Assembly: GCA_023393065.1 (NCBI GenBank)
Contig: JAEWMX010000006.1
Coordinates: 54,378 to 118,377 of the forward strand
DNA length: 64,000 nucleotides
DNA from: Bacillota bacterium
GTDB taxonomy: Bacteria > Bacillota_I > Bacilli_A > RFN20 > CAG-826
Direction: 5' to 3'
Below, piece after piece: positions 28,568 through 37,859 of the stretch (position 1 is the stretch's first letter; each line of letters starts with the position of its first letter). The notes beneath the pieces are model-generated. The model had not been told where the DNA came from. It saw only the letters and a list, made by a program, of their open reading frames with translations, and did not search any database. A program made the position numbers and the translations under genes.

Positions 28568-29212
28568 TTAAACTCTTAAAAAAAGAGCTTTTGCTCTCCT
28601 TTCATCCGACCGCGGCCATTTTCGTTTTGATGGCGGCGATGGTGCTAATACCTAATTACCCGTATTATGTCGCCTTTTTCTATTCCGGTCTCGCCACTTT
28701 TTTCACGTGCGTAACGGGTCGTGAAAACAATGATGTATTCTTCTCGTTGATGCTTCCGATCAGCAAACGCGACATCGTCAAAGCTCGTTTCGGTTATGTT
28801 TTAATCCTCGAACTCGCGCAATTGATATTAGCGGTTGGTTTTGCCTTTCTTCGCAGCGCTCTTGGCTTTCCTTCAAACGAAGCCGGCATCGAAGCGAACG
28901 TCGCGATGTTTGGAATTTCCTCGTTTATGCTAAGCGTATTCAATCTTATCTTTTTTGCGATTTTTTATCGCAACATCAAAAAACCTGGGGTCGCCGCCAT
29001 TTTTGCCTCCGTAACTTATTTTTTATTGCTTGGGCTCTTTGAAATGCTCGTTTTTTTCGTTCCCTTTGCCCGCGATAAAATCGATACCGCCGATCCGCTT
29101 TTTTTGGGAATACAAACTCATAATTTTAGCTGTGGGAATCATTTCGTTTGTCATCATAAATGCCATCTCTTATTTGTCCTCGATTAAAAACTTCGAAAAA
29201 CAAGACATTTAA
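28564..29212 (+). pseudogene. ABC-2-type transporter permease, reading frame interrupted by an apparent +1 T in a T7 homopolymer (~29099-29105)
   Basis: Frame A (28564..29187) ends in non-membrane-like HFVCHHKCH. Removing one T gives ...ADPLFWEYKLIILAVGIISFVIINAISYLSSIKNFEKQDI, a canonical final TM helix that continues into ORF 29030..29212. Confidence 0.55.
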
Positions 29213-29326
29213 TTTTATTAACGAGCCTTGAGCATTATGCTGGAATATAGGTCTTTTCTCGCATAGAGTATTTGTAGATAAATAGTCTTTTGACCGCTAT
29301 ATATATAATCAATCGGAGGAATAATT

Positions 29327-29653
29327 ATGGAACAATTAATTTTTGGAAAAAATAAAGACCGCTTCTACATGGGAGAAAGCGAAGAGAAAGCCCTCGCTGA
29401 GGTCACTTTTAAAAAGCATAAAGACAATGTCATCATTCTCGACCACACTTATGTGAATCGCTCGCTGAGAGGACGCGGCATGGGCAAGATTCTCGTCGAC
29501 CGCGTCGTCGCCTACGCTCGCGAGAACAATTTGAAGATTATTCCGACTTGCCCCTTTGCCAAAGATATCATGGAAATGTCGAAGTCATATGCGGATGTTT
29601 TGCTCTCTGACCCCGTCGTTCAAGAAGTAAAAGACATGGCTTGCCCCCTTTAA
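29327..29653 (+). CDS. small GNAT-like acetyltransferase-domain protein
   Basis: 108 aa. RGRGMGKILVDRVVAYAREN resembles the GNAT acetyl-CoA motif. RBS GGAGGA upstream. Confidence 0.55.
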   Translation: MEQLIFGKNKDRFYMGESEEKALAEVTFKKHKDNVIILDHTYVNRSLRGRGMGKILVDRVVAYARENNLKIIPTCPFAKDIMEMSKSYADVLLSDPVVQEVKDMACPL

Positions 29654-29748
29654 GGCAAAAGCGAAAATAGAAATAAATAACTGCAAAAGCAGTATTTTTT
29701 GCTTAAAAAATGTCAAATTATTTAATATAATATCCGAGGGTATTTATT

Positions 29749-30318
29749 ATGTCATTATTTGAATTTAGAAGAATTGCTGATCAAAAACTGGATGGCAAGT
29801 GGAGCGAAGCCGCTCTCGTTCAGTTCCTCTATAGTCTTTTTGTCGGTTTTGTCACCTCGATCGGAGGCATCGGCATGTTTGTCTTGGGCGGACCAATTAA
29901 TATTGGTTACGCGATGTTTATCGATGAAGTGTATCGCGGAGAAAGACCGAATATCGCCACTTTAGTCAAAGGTTTTGACGACAAGCTCGGCGATCGCATT
30001 TTGCTCGGCCTCGTCAGTCAGCTCTATTTGATGCTGTGGTCCATGCTCTTCATCATTCCCGGCATCATCAAGTTCTTTTCTTATTCGATGATCTATTTCA
30101 TCCATCTCGAAAACCCCGACATGCATTACGAAGACATCATCATGAGAAGCCGCAAAATTATGAACGGCAACAAGTGGCGGCTCTTTTGCCTTTATCTCAG
30201 CCATATCGCTTGGTATATCCTCGTCTTTTTAACCTTTGGCATTCTGAGCTTCTGGGTCGAACCCAAAGTCAATCTCGCCAAATATGCGATGTATCAGGAA
30301 ATCAAACACAACTTCTAA
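29749..30318 (+). CDS. DUF975 family membrane protein
   Basis: 189 aa with four hydrophobic segments. N-terminus MSLFEFRRIADQKLDGKW typical of DUF975. Confidence 0.65.
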   Translation: MSLFEFRRIADQKLDGKWSEAALVQFLYSLFVGFVTSIGGIGMFVLGGPINIGYAMFIDEVYRGERPNIATLVKGFDDKLGDRILLGLVSQLYLMLWSMLFIIPGIIKFFSYSMIYFIHLENPDMHYEDIIMRSRKIMNGNKWRLFCLYLSHIAWYILVFLTFGILSFWVEPKVNLAKYAMYQEIKHNF

Positions 30319-30327
30319 AAAATAAAA

Positions 30328-30360
30328 GGTCGGTTCACAAAACAACCGGCCTTTTTGTTT
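30328..30360 (+). terminator. intrinsic terminator
   Basis: GGTCGGTT-cacaaaac-AACCGGCC stem (one G-U wobble) followed by TTTTTGTTT. Confidence 0.6.
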
Positions 30361-30427
30361 AGATGTTGTATAAATACAAGTAATCCTTTGTTAATATAAT
30401 AGTGTTCGCTTTTTTGGGGGTTATAAA

Positions 30428-31132
30428 ATGTTAGAAATCAAAAATGTCAGCAAATCATACGATAAGAAAAAGCTAGCCATCAATAATGTCACGATGACTC
30501 TTGAGCCAGGCGACCTGTATGGCTTTGTCGGCCCAAACGGCGCCGGCAAAACGACGCTTATCAAATCGATTGCCGGAATCATATCCTTTGACAGTGGTAC
30601 CATCACTTTTGATGGTCACACCATCGACAAAGAGCCAATCGCGTTTAAAAAGCAGCTCGCCTATATTCCCGATCACCCGGATTTATATGAGACTTTATCG
30701 GGCCGCCAATTCGTCGATTTTATCGCTGACGCGTTTGATGTCTCGCTCGAACGCCGCAATCAATTGATTGGCCAATATGCCGCCGAGTTTGAAATGCTCG
30801 ACGCCCTTGATAAGCCAATCTCCTCCTATTCACATGGTATGAAACAGAAGGCCGCTCTTATCGCCGCCCTCGTTCATGAGCCAAAACTTATTTTACTCGA
30901 TGAGCCATTTGTCGGTCTTGATCCTAAAGCCGCCTTTGCCCTTAAAAAGACATTTAAAGATATTACTGATTCCGGGACGATTATCCTCTTTTCCTCCCAT
31001 GTCCTCGAAGTCGTGGAAAAATTGTGTAACAAAATCGCCATCATCAAGCAAGGCGAAATCATCGCTGATGGAAAGACGCATGAAGTGCTAAAAGATCGTT
31101 CGCTCGAGAACTTCTTTATGGAGATTGCCTAG
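30428..31132 (+). CDS. ABC transporter ATP-binding protein
   Basis: Walker A GPNGAGKTT, signature YSHGMKQK, Walker B LILLDEPFVGLD. Confidence 0.85.
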   Translation: MLEIKNVSKSYDKKKLAINNVTMTLEPGDLYGFVGPNGAGKTTLIKSIAGIISFDSGTITFDGHTIDKEPIAFKKQLAYIPDHPDLYETLSGRQFVDFIADAFDVSLERRNQLIGQYAAEFEMLDALDKPISSYSHGMKQKAALIAALVHEPKLILLDEPFVGLDPKAAFALKKTFKDITDSGTIILFSSHVLEVVEKLCNKIAIIKQGEIIADGKTHEVLKDRSLENFFMEIA

Positions 31133-32702
31133 CGTGTTTTTGAAATTGCTTAGAATATTTCTTAAAGAAAATTTTGGCGCCCGTCGCCTTTTTGGCAGCA
31201 AAGCCGCCCAATCAAAAGGACGAAAGATAGCCCTGTCGTTTCTTTTCGTCTACTTATTCGCCAGCATTGGTTTTTCGACGGGCGCCATGTTTTATTTCTC
31301 GGGCCTCACTCGCGAATTGATGCTCTATGTCGCTTCTTATGCAACTGGCCTAGGTTTTTTGTTCGCGCTCCTTCAAGCTAGCGGCTTTCTCTTTCATTTT
31401 AAAGACTATGAAATAATCGGACCCCTTCCGATAAAACCCCTCTCCCTTCTTTTGGCTAAGCTGATGACGATGATGGTTTTTATCTATATCGTCTTGACGG
31501 CTTTGACGCTCCCCATCTTTATCGTCTATTACATATTCGTGCCTTTTGATATCCTCGGTTTTATCTTGTTGCTTCTTGGCTATTTCCTACTTCCCTTACC
31601 GGCGATTATCCTCGGATCTTTCTTGTCGTTGATTATCGCTCGAATTTCGAAGCACTTTGCAAAATCCAATCTCATCCAGACAATTCTCATGTTCGTCATC
31701 TTTCTAACCATCTTTGGCATCTCGTTAATCGGCGGCGCTTCTGGTGATCAAGGATCCATGATTCCGGTTTGGGTCATCGATGCCATCTCCGCTTTTTATT
31801 TGCCAAATGAATGGTATGCCTCTGCCGTCCACGAAAACAATCTGTTAAACTTTGTTTATTTATTGCTCAGTCACGCCTTGGTCTTCACCATATTTCTTCT
31901 CATAATTTCGAAGTTGAGCGTTAAGACGAATCAGAATCGAACCGCCAACAAGCAAGTCATCATCAAAAGCAACAAATTGCGGAAGACCCCAATTCTCACC
32001 GCTCTTATTAAAAAAGAGTGGCGGAAATTCGTCGGCACGCCCATCTACATCTTCAACTGCGGATTCGGTTTGATAATGTTGGTCATCATGGCGGTGGCGT
32101 CAGTCTTCTTGAAAGATGCGATTGCCGCCGAAGTCGGTTTCTTTTCACCCTTTATCTTGCTCATCGCCTATGGTTTTTGCGTCGTCACGGTGTATACACC
32201 GGCGATTAGCCTCTCGTTAGAGGGACGAAATTTTGGCTTGTTAAAAACCCTTCCGATTAAAGGCGAGACGATCATGAGCGCAAAGATTATCTTCAACTTG
32301 CTCTTGCTCCTTCCGGTGATAATCATCACCTTGCCCTTCGCATCGTACGGTCTCGGACTCGATATATGGACGGCGCTTTCGGGCTTTTTGGTCCTTGTTT
32401 CCTTTACCATACTAACCTCGATTTTCTTCGCTTGGCTCAATCTCTTTTTCCCGCGATTTGATTTCAAAACGGAAGCCGAAATTGTCAGGCAGAGCATGTC
32501 ATCATTTATCGCCGTCTTCGGCGGCATGGGTTTTATGGTTCTCGAGGGGGCGATGCTGGTCGGCATCATGTTCCTTCTATCCTCCCTCCACATCGCTTTC
32601 TCTTTGCTCGTTTTGGTGATTGTCAACGCTTTATTGTCTCTCGCAATCTATTGGCCGATGCACAAGAAAGCCGACAGGCGCTTGCAAAAGATGGAAGCTT
32701 AG
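31125..32702 (+). CDS. ABC transporter permease (large multi-TM, ABC-2/exporter type)
   Basis: 525 aa, ~12 hydrophobic segments. TTG start overlapping the ATPase stop. Confidence 0.7.
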   Translation: MPSVFLKLLRIFLKENFGARRLFGSKAAQSKGRKIALSFLFVYLFASIGFSTGAMFYFSGLTRELMLYVASYATGLGFLFALLQASGFLFHFKDYEIIGPLPIKPLSLLLAKLMTMMVFIYIVLTALTLPIFIVYYIFVPFDILGFILLLLGYFLLPLPAIILGSFLSLIIARISKHFAKSNLIQTILMFVIFLTIFGISLIGGASGDQGSMIPVWVIDAISAFYLPNEWYASAVHENNLLNFVYLLLSHALVFTIFLLIISKLSVKTNQNRTANKQVIIKSNKLRKTPILTALIKKEWRKFVGTPIYIFNCGFGLIMLVIMAVASVFLKDAIAAEVGFFSPFILLIAYGFCVVTVYTPAISLSLEGRNFGLLKTLPIKGETIMSAKIIFNLLLLLPVIIITLPFASYGLGLDIWTALSGFLVLVSFTILTSIFFAWLNLFFPRFDFKTEAEIVRQSMSSFIAVFGGMGFMVLEGAMLVGIMFLLSSLHIAFSLLVLVIVNALLSLAIYWPMHKKADRRLQKMEA

Positions 32703-32770
32703 CGATATTTGTTAATAAGAATTGTTTGTTTTTGATGTGCTAATATAAAATTAGAAAAAGAGGTGGATTT

Positions 32771-32902
32771 ATGGCAAAAGGTGTCAAAGCAAAAGTCCCG
32801 CCCTTCATGCAAGGGCCGAGTGGCAATCAGATTCGCCGCCAGAATATCAGAGTCAAACAGAAGCCGCAACGCTCGAATATCACAAGCCGGCGCGGCAGTT
32901 AG
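32771..32902 (+). CDS. putative small basic protein (43 aa) or leader peptide
   Basis: ATG 7 nt after AGAGGTGG. MAKGVKAKVPPFMQGPSGNQIRRQNIRVKQKPQRSNITSRRGS. Followed by a GC stem and a T6 tract before the next gene's RBS. Confidence 0.3.
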   Translation: MAKGVKAKVPPFMQGPSGNQIRRQNIRVKQKPQRSNITSRRGS

Positions 32903-32944
32903 TTTTTTACACTTCCGAACCGGAGGTGGCACAAGGGGGAGCAA

Positions 32945-34696
32945 ATGAATAAATTTGCGTTATTTTTAAAAGCATCGCTTCTCGATCCGTTTGTCCGCAG
33001 TTTTCAACGCTTTACCGATTCAATCGTTTTGAGCATCGTCCTCGTGATGCTCAGCATTATCAATCTCGAGACGAATGGGGGCCTCGCTATTTTTGGCGAG
33101 ATGCTGCCTTTTTTGTGGTTGACTCTTCCGCTATTGATTTTCAAAACCTTATTAGTGGAACGAATCAAGTTTAAAGGATACTGGAAATATGTATTTACCG
33201 GTGCCGCTCTTCTGATCACGATGTCGTTCTTTTTGATATCTCGCTTTTGGCTGACCACCACGGATCTCATCTTGCAGCTTAGAATGGCGGCGGCTTGGGT
33301 CCTCTTCGTCTTGCTCGCTCTCCTCGTTAATTATTATCCTAAACGGGAAAACTTCGCCTATTATCTCGTCTTTTTGTTGACGAAGTTTTTTGTGACCGTA
33401 TTTTACGCGGCCGTGCTCTATGGTGGCATCTTCGCCATCTTAGCTAGCATCGAAGCTCTATTCGGCATCAGCCTGAGCGAGTTCATCTTCATCGATTTGT
33501 TCTTTGCCGTCATCGGTTTGGTGGCCGTCCCGGTCTTTATCGGGTTTCTTCCGGGCCACGATGAGGAAAAGCAAGCTGGCGACTACCACGTTGTTTGGAA
33601 GACGGTTTTCGCCTTTATCGTCGTGCCTTTGATCATGGTTTTCTCGGTAATTTTAATAATTTATATTATTACTTCTTTCGCCAACGCCAACTATTATGGC
33701 TTCGTCTATCTAATTTCCGCTTTGGCGACCGCCTTTTTGACGCTGGCGATGATCTTTTTGCTCGAGAAATTCGAAGTGCATTATCCCCATGTTCGCTTTT
33801 TTAATAGATATTGGCCTTTCGTCTTGCTGGCGATTCTCGGCGGCTTTGTCTATGAACTCGTCATCGCTTTGCTCGCCAGCGGTTTTACCTTGACGACGAG
33901 CACTTATTTCTATCTCGGTATCGCGTTAATCGCTTTGACGATTGTTCGCTTAATCCGAAAACCTTTGCGGCTCGGATATGGGCAAATCATCGGTGTCACT
34001 TCAATCGTCAGCGCGTTGGCGATTGCCTTCGTTCCGTTTATCAATATTTTGAATTTGGCCACATATTCGGCAAATTCGCGCTTTGAAAAACTTCTCAGCG
34101 CTGCCGACATGCTCGTCGATGGTGAAGTCGTGCCCGCGGGACCGGAAGTCACCCGCGAACTGAAAGGCGAAATCTCGGTCTCCATCCTCTCTTTTCGCGA
34201 TCTAGGATATGACCGCATCCGCTGTTTACCCGATGACTTTGTCCTCGATGATTTTGAAGAAGTATTTGGTTTTGAGCTCTATGACTACTATACTGATGAC
34301 CGCATTCCATTAAATTACTACGCTTCATACGATGTAATTGATTTTTCAGAGATGAATGCTAATACATATACCGATTTTCTATACATGCCGTCCTTGCTCA
34401 CGTATGAAGAAAGCGAAGGGACATTTTCCTACACCTATGATTTAGATACCGGCCTATGGTCACTTTCAAAAAACGATGTCGACTATGTCGCAATCGATAT
34501 GGGACAAGTCATTAGCACTTTCTATGCGCGCTTTGATGTGGCCACCGATTTCTCGCTCGATTTGTATACGGATTTAAAATACACACCCCTTAGCAATGCC
34601 TATGATGTGTATTTTGTCGGTATTAGCGGCACTTACGATCCGAGCGAAGACACCTACTATGTTGCTGAAGCCCAATTCTATTTAGGCGTCTACTAG
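32945..34696 (+). CDS. large membrane protein with C-terminal extracytoplasmic domain (DUF4153-like)
   Basis: 583 aa. ~10 TM helices in the N-terminal 350 aa, then an acidic, Tyr/Asp-rich C-terminal domain. RBS GGGGGAG upstream. Confidence 0.6.
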   Translation: MNKFALFLKASLLDPFVRSFQRFTDSIVLSIVLVMLSIINLETNGGLAIFGEMLPFLWLTLPLLIFKTLLVERIKFKGYWKYVFTGAALLITMSFFLISRFWLTTTDLILQLRMAAAWVLFVLLALLVNYYPKRENFAYYLVFLLTKFFVTVFYAAVLYGGIFAILASIEALFGISLSEFIFIDLFFAVIGLVAVPVFIGFLPGHDEEKQAGDYHVVWKTVFAFIVVPLIMVFSVILIIYIITSFANANYYGFVYLISALATAFLTLAMIFLLEKFEVHYPHVRFFNRYWPFVLLAILGGFVYELVIALLASGFTLTTSTYFYLGIALIALTIVRLIRKPLRLGYGQIIGVTSIVSALAIAFVPFINILNLATYSANSRFEKLLSAADMLVDGEVVPAGPEVTRELKGEISVSILSFRDLGYDRIRCLPDDFVLDDFEEVFGFELYDYYTDDRIPLNYYASYDVIDFSEMNANTYTDFLYMPSLLTYEESEGTFSYTYDLDTGLWSLSKNDVDYVAIDMGQVISTFYARFDVATDFSLDLYTDLKYTPLSNAYDVYFVGISGTYDPSEDTYYVAEAQFYLGVY

Positions 34697-34697
34697 A

Positions 34698-35114
34698 TTA
34701 TTCGCCGATTATCTTGATTAAAACACGCTTTTTGCGCATGCCGTCAAATTCACCGTAGAAGATTTGCTCCCACGGCCCGAAATCGAGTTTTCCTTCGGTG
34801 ATGGCGACGACGACCTCACGACCCATAATCTGCCTTTTCAAGTGGGCGTCGGCATTGTCTTCGAAGCCGTTATGCTCGTACTGATTATATGGTTTTTCGG
34901 GAGCGAGTTTCTCTAAGAAACGCTCGAAATCATGATGGAGACCGACTTCGTCGTCATTGATGAAAACACTGGCGGTGATATGCATGGCGTTAACTAAGAC
35001 GATACCATCGCTGATCCCGCTTTTTTCAATCGCCCGTATGACGTCTGGCGTTATGTTGATAAATTCGCGTCGATTATCGGTTTTGATCCAAATCTCATCA
35101 CGGTACGTCTTCAT
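34698..35114 (-). CDS. YjbQ/UPF0047 family protein (secondary thiamine-phosphate synthase-like)
   Basis: ATG 35114 preceded by AGAGGAGG. ~138 aa. The upstream in-frame ATG 35147 has no RBS. Confidence 0.75.
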   Translation of the reverse strand: MKTYRDEIWIKTDNRREFINITPDVIRAIEKSGISDGIVLVNAMHITASVFINDDEVGLHHDFERFLEKLAPEKPYNQYEHNGFEDNADAHLKRQIMGREVVVAITEGKLDFGPWEQIFYGEFDGMRKKRVLIKIIGE

Positions 35115-35206
35115 AACTACCTCCTCTTTTATCTTGGCAACATCCAAATATATTACAAGTGTTTGCGCAAAACCACGAGACGGGCGCAGTAGTTATAAAC
35201 ATAATT

Positions 35207-35235
35207 TTTGACACATGTTTTAAATCGTAATATAT
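35207..35235 (+). promoter_or_regulatory. sigma-A-like promoter TTGACA-17-TATATT
   Basis: Read from the sequence upstream of the 35261 gene. Confidence 0.4.
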
Positions 35236-35260
35236 TGAAAACGTAACGGAGGCTTTTTTA

Positions 35261-36721
35261 ATGGAGCGAAAAAAAGTATATGCTTTGGTTTTGGCCAGCG
35301 TTTTAGCGCTTGGTGGAATCCTTGTCTACAACTCCCTCAATCAGGACGGTATATTAGGCCGTGTCAACGCTGAACCGATTACCTATCAGCGCGAATTCGA
35401 CGAGAGCGTCGGACCCGCCTCAACCGCTAAGCACGGTTTCATACCGAATGTTAACATGTCACTGTTTTATCTCTCCGAATCAGCGCAGACAAGCAGTGAA
35501 TTTATTCGCCTAAAAGCTAAGGATGCGAACACACCGGCGATATTGATGAATTTTACGGTCGCTAATGGCCTCAAAGGCATCGCGGTCAATTATACGGGCG
35601 GAAATGCGCCTCTATATGCGCTGTATTCGCGTAGCGCTTTTGAAGATTACGCGCCGACTGTGGACGACATTATTCCGACAGGAGAAACCGGCTTGGCAGC
35701 GGAAGATTACACAGCATGTGGCTATTTTCTTTTGATGACTTATTCGACGACCGATATCATCATCGAGGATCTGACCGTTTACTATAGCTGCCAACGCGAA
35801 ATCGAATCACTCTTCTATTATCAGGGCAATTGGGAAGGGACTGAAACGCTCAATCATTATACCGGCGCTCGCTCGTGGGGCAATCTGATGGGCTATAAGC
35901 CCGCTCAAGACGGCTTTCAGTTTATGACCAATCCTACCTCAACCACCAATAATTATTCTTCAGGCCACACCCATTCTCCAACATATGATGATTCTTGGTA
36001 TCGATGGAACGGCGTCAGCATGAGAAACTATGTTGAGACAGAAGAAGAAGTAGAAGGGGAGATCGTCAAAGGAAAAGACTACTCAAATACTCCCCAAGGT
36101 GGATTTGCCAGCAATCATTTTGAGGTGACGACAACCGTCATGGTTGATCCCGATATCTTTTATGATGAAGATGCATGGTTTCACGTCTGTCCTTGGGTCA
36201 GTTTGGCTACGGCTGATCATCAAGCGCTACCTGATGCTGGTGGGCTTGTCTACATGCAGTCATACATCGGTAACGATAACTTTGATCCGATTGGCGGAAT
36301 CAAGACGCGGACCGATACGTACCGCGGCCGGTTTTTCACCAATTACGCCGCAAATGGCGGAGGCTATGCGTGGGGCTTTCAAGATCCTGACACCACAACG
36401 GTCATCGGCGATCCCGGCACGACGCTAAGAGAAGCTTATGAAGCTATCAATTTGCCGATTTTTAATGTTCGCTATGTCGTCTCTGGCAATTCGTATGATG
36501 TGTTTATTAACGGCTTTAATGTCTATCATGAAAATGAAGCTTTTTATCTCGATGAGAATTATGTCGATCAAGAATACAGCCTTGAGACCATCGAATTTCA
36601 TGGTGTGAACTATGGCGATGGTGTCGATAGCGACGGTGAGGGACCAGACACGATTGCCACACCGCTTGCCGGATATCTTGTATCATATACAAATCCGATT
36701 GTTAGAGAGATATTCTCCTAA
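35261..36721 (+). CDS. secreted or membrane-anchored hypothetical protein
   Basis: 486 aa. N-terminal signal/anchor (VYALVLASVLALGGILVY). Rich in Tyr/Asn/Gly/Asp. No recognisable catalytic motif. Confidence 0.55.
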   Translation: MERKKVYALVLASVLALGGILVYNSLNQDGILGRVNAEPITYQREFDESVGPASTAKHGFIPNVNMSLFYLSESAQTSSEFIRLKAKDANTPAILMNFTVANGLKGIAVNYTGGNAPLYALYSRSAFEDYAPTVDDIIPTGETGLAAEDYTACGYFLLMTYSTTDIIIEDLTVYYSCQREIESLFYYQGNWEGTETLNHYTGARSWGNLMGYKPAQDGFQFMTNPTSTTNNYSSGHTHSPTYDDSWYRWNGVSMRNYVETEEEVEGEIVKGKDYSNTPQGGFASNHFEVTTTVMVDPDIFYDEDAWFHVCPWVSLATADHQALPDAGGLVYMQSYIGNDNFDPIGGIKTRTDTYRGRFFTNYAANGGGYAWGFQDPDTTTVIGDPGTTLREAYEAINLPIFNVRYVVSGNSYDVFINGFNVYHENEAFYLDENYVDQEYSLETIEFHGVNYGDGVDSDGEGPDTIATPLAGYLVSYTNPIVREIFS

Positions 36722-36740
36722 TAGATAATCAAACGACTAT

Positions 36741-36765
36741 GGCCGCATTAACGCGGCCTTTTTAC
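36741..36765 (+). terminator. intrinsic terminator GGCCGC-attaac-GCGGCC followed by TTTTT
   Basis: Perfect 6-bp GC stem and a T-run, read directly from the sequence. Confidence 0.7.
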
Positions 36766-36788
36766 TATGATGCTGATATAATGTTCAT

Positions 36789-37304
36789 ATGTCGATAAAT
36801 AGAGCCAAAATCAGAATCCTTAATCATCCCTTTCCGCTTCTTTACGACGCAAACTCCAAGGTGCTTATCCTCGGTAGTTTTCCTTCGGTGAAGGCCGTCG
36901 AAGAAGGTTATTACTATGCGAATCCGCATAATCGCTTTTACAAGTTGATGAGCGCATTGTTCGACGAGGATTTTGTCGATGTTCCTTGGCCGAAGAAAAA
37001 AGAGTTGCTCTTAAAACACCACATCGCCTTACACGACGCGATTGGATACTGCCAAATTCTCGGTTCGAGCGACGCCAAAATCAGCGATGTCAAGCCTTCG
37101 GGCATTCGCGAGATTTTCGATAATGCCAAAATTAAGAAAGTAATATGCAATGGCGCGAAAGCCTATCAGGAATACATGCGCTTCTTTGCTGATATCGCCA
37201 TCCCCGTCGTGCAAGCGCCATCCACCAGCCCTGCCAATGCCAAGATGCGGTTGACCGATCTAATTGTCGCTTGGAAGGATGCTCTACAAGACATTTTCTC
37301 CTAG
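36789..37304 (+). CDS. uracil-DNA glycosylase superfamily protein (Mug/TDG-like or hypoxanthine-DNA glycosylase)
   Basis: 171 aa. ILGSFPS...ANPHNRFYKLM corresponds to Mug motifs (GINPGL...HPANRFWK). Confidence 0.65.
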   Translation: MSINRAKIRILNHPFPLLYDANSKVLILGSFPSVKAVEEGYYYANPHNRFYKLMSALFDEDFVDVPWPKKKELLLKHHIALHDAIGYCQILGSSDAKISDVKPSGIREIFDNAKIKKVICNGAKAYQEYMRFFADIAIPVVQAPSTSPANAKMRLTDLIVAWKDALQDIFS

Positions 37305-37338
37305 CTATTCGCCGTTAATCGATGATAGATTTGTAAAT

Positions 37339-37362
37339 AGACACTATGTGTCTGTTTTTTTG
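37339..37362 (+). terminator. intrinsic terminator AGACAC-tat-GTGTCT followed by GTTTTTTT
   Basis: Read directly from the sequence. Confidence 0.7.
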
Positions 37363-37387
37363 TTAGGAGGACCCAAATGATAATTCG

Positions 37388-37416
37388 TTGACTAAGTCAA
37401 TGAAAAATAATAAAAT
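37388..37416 (+). promoter_or_regulatory. promoter TTGACT-17-TAAAAT overlapping the palindrome TTGAC-TAA-GTCAA (candidate MarR autoregulatory operator)
   Basis: Hexamers and inverted repeat read from the sequence immediately upstream of the MarR gene. Confidence 0.4.
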
Positions 37417-37439
37417 GCGATAGTCATGGGGGAATCAGC

Positions 37440-37841
37440 ATGAATATGAAAGAATGGAACGCAAAGTTCATTATGTATCGCCGAACGATTAAACATCTAA
37501 AAGATGCCGTCAATCGCGATCTTAGCACGCAAGGCATCTCGCTACAGCATGCCACCTACTTACTCCTATTGGCGGACAAAGGTCAATTGCGAATAAAAGA
37601 TCTGAGCGCCTTATCTGATAATGACGGAGCCTTGACGACAAGGGCTTTAAAAGTACTTAAAGATAAGAATCTAATCGATCGCACTTGCGACAGCGTTCGA
37701 CGCTGCAAAATATTTTTGACGGATAAAGGTAAAGATGTCGTCAATTACATCGGCGAGGTTTTCGCCCGCCTTCGCGATGAGCTTGCCAAATCGGCGGCCG
37801 GAGAAGGTCAAGAAGCGCTTTTAAGCGCCATTTTAAGTTAA
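37440..37841 (+). CDS. MarR family transcriptional regulator
   Basis: 133 aa. Winged HTH pattern (ISLQHATYLLLLADKGQLRIKDLS). Confidence 0.8.
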   Translation: MNMKEWNAKFIMYRRTIKHLKDAVNRDLSTQGISLQHATYLLLLADKGQLRIKDLSALSDNDGALTTRALKVLKDKNLIDRTCDSVRRCKIFLTDKGKDVVNYIGEVFARLRDELAKSAAGEGQEALLSAILS

Positions 37842-37859
37842 TATCAAGGATTAAAAACG

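Noticed and set aside
29030-29212. Independent 60-aa ORF.
   Set aside because: It is the out-of-frame continuation of the ABC-2 permease C-terminus (see frameshift finding), not a separate gene.
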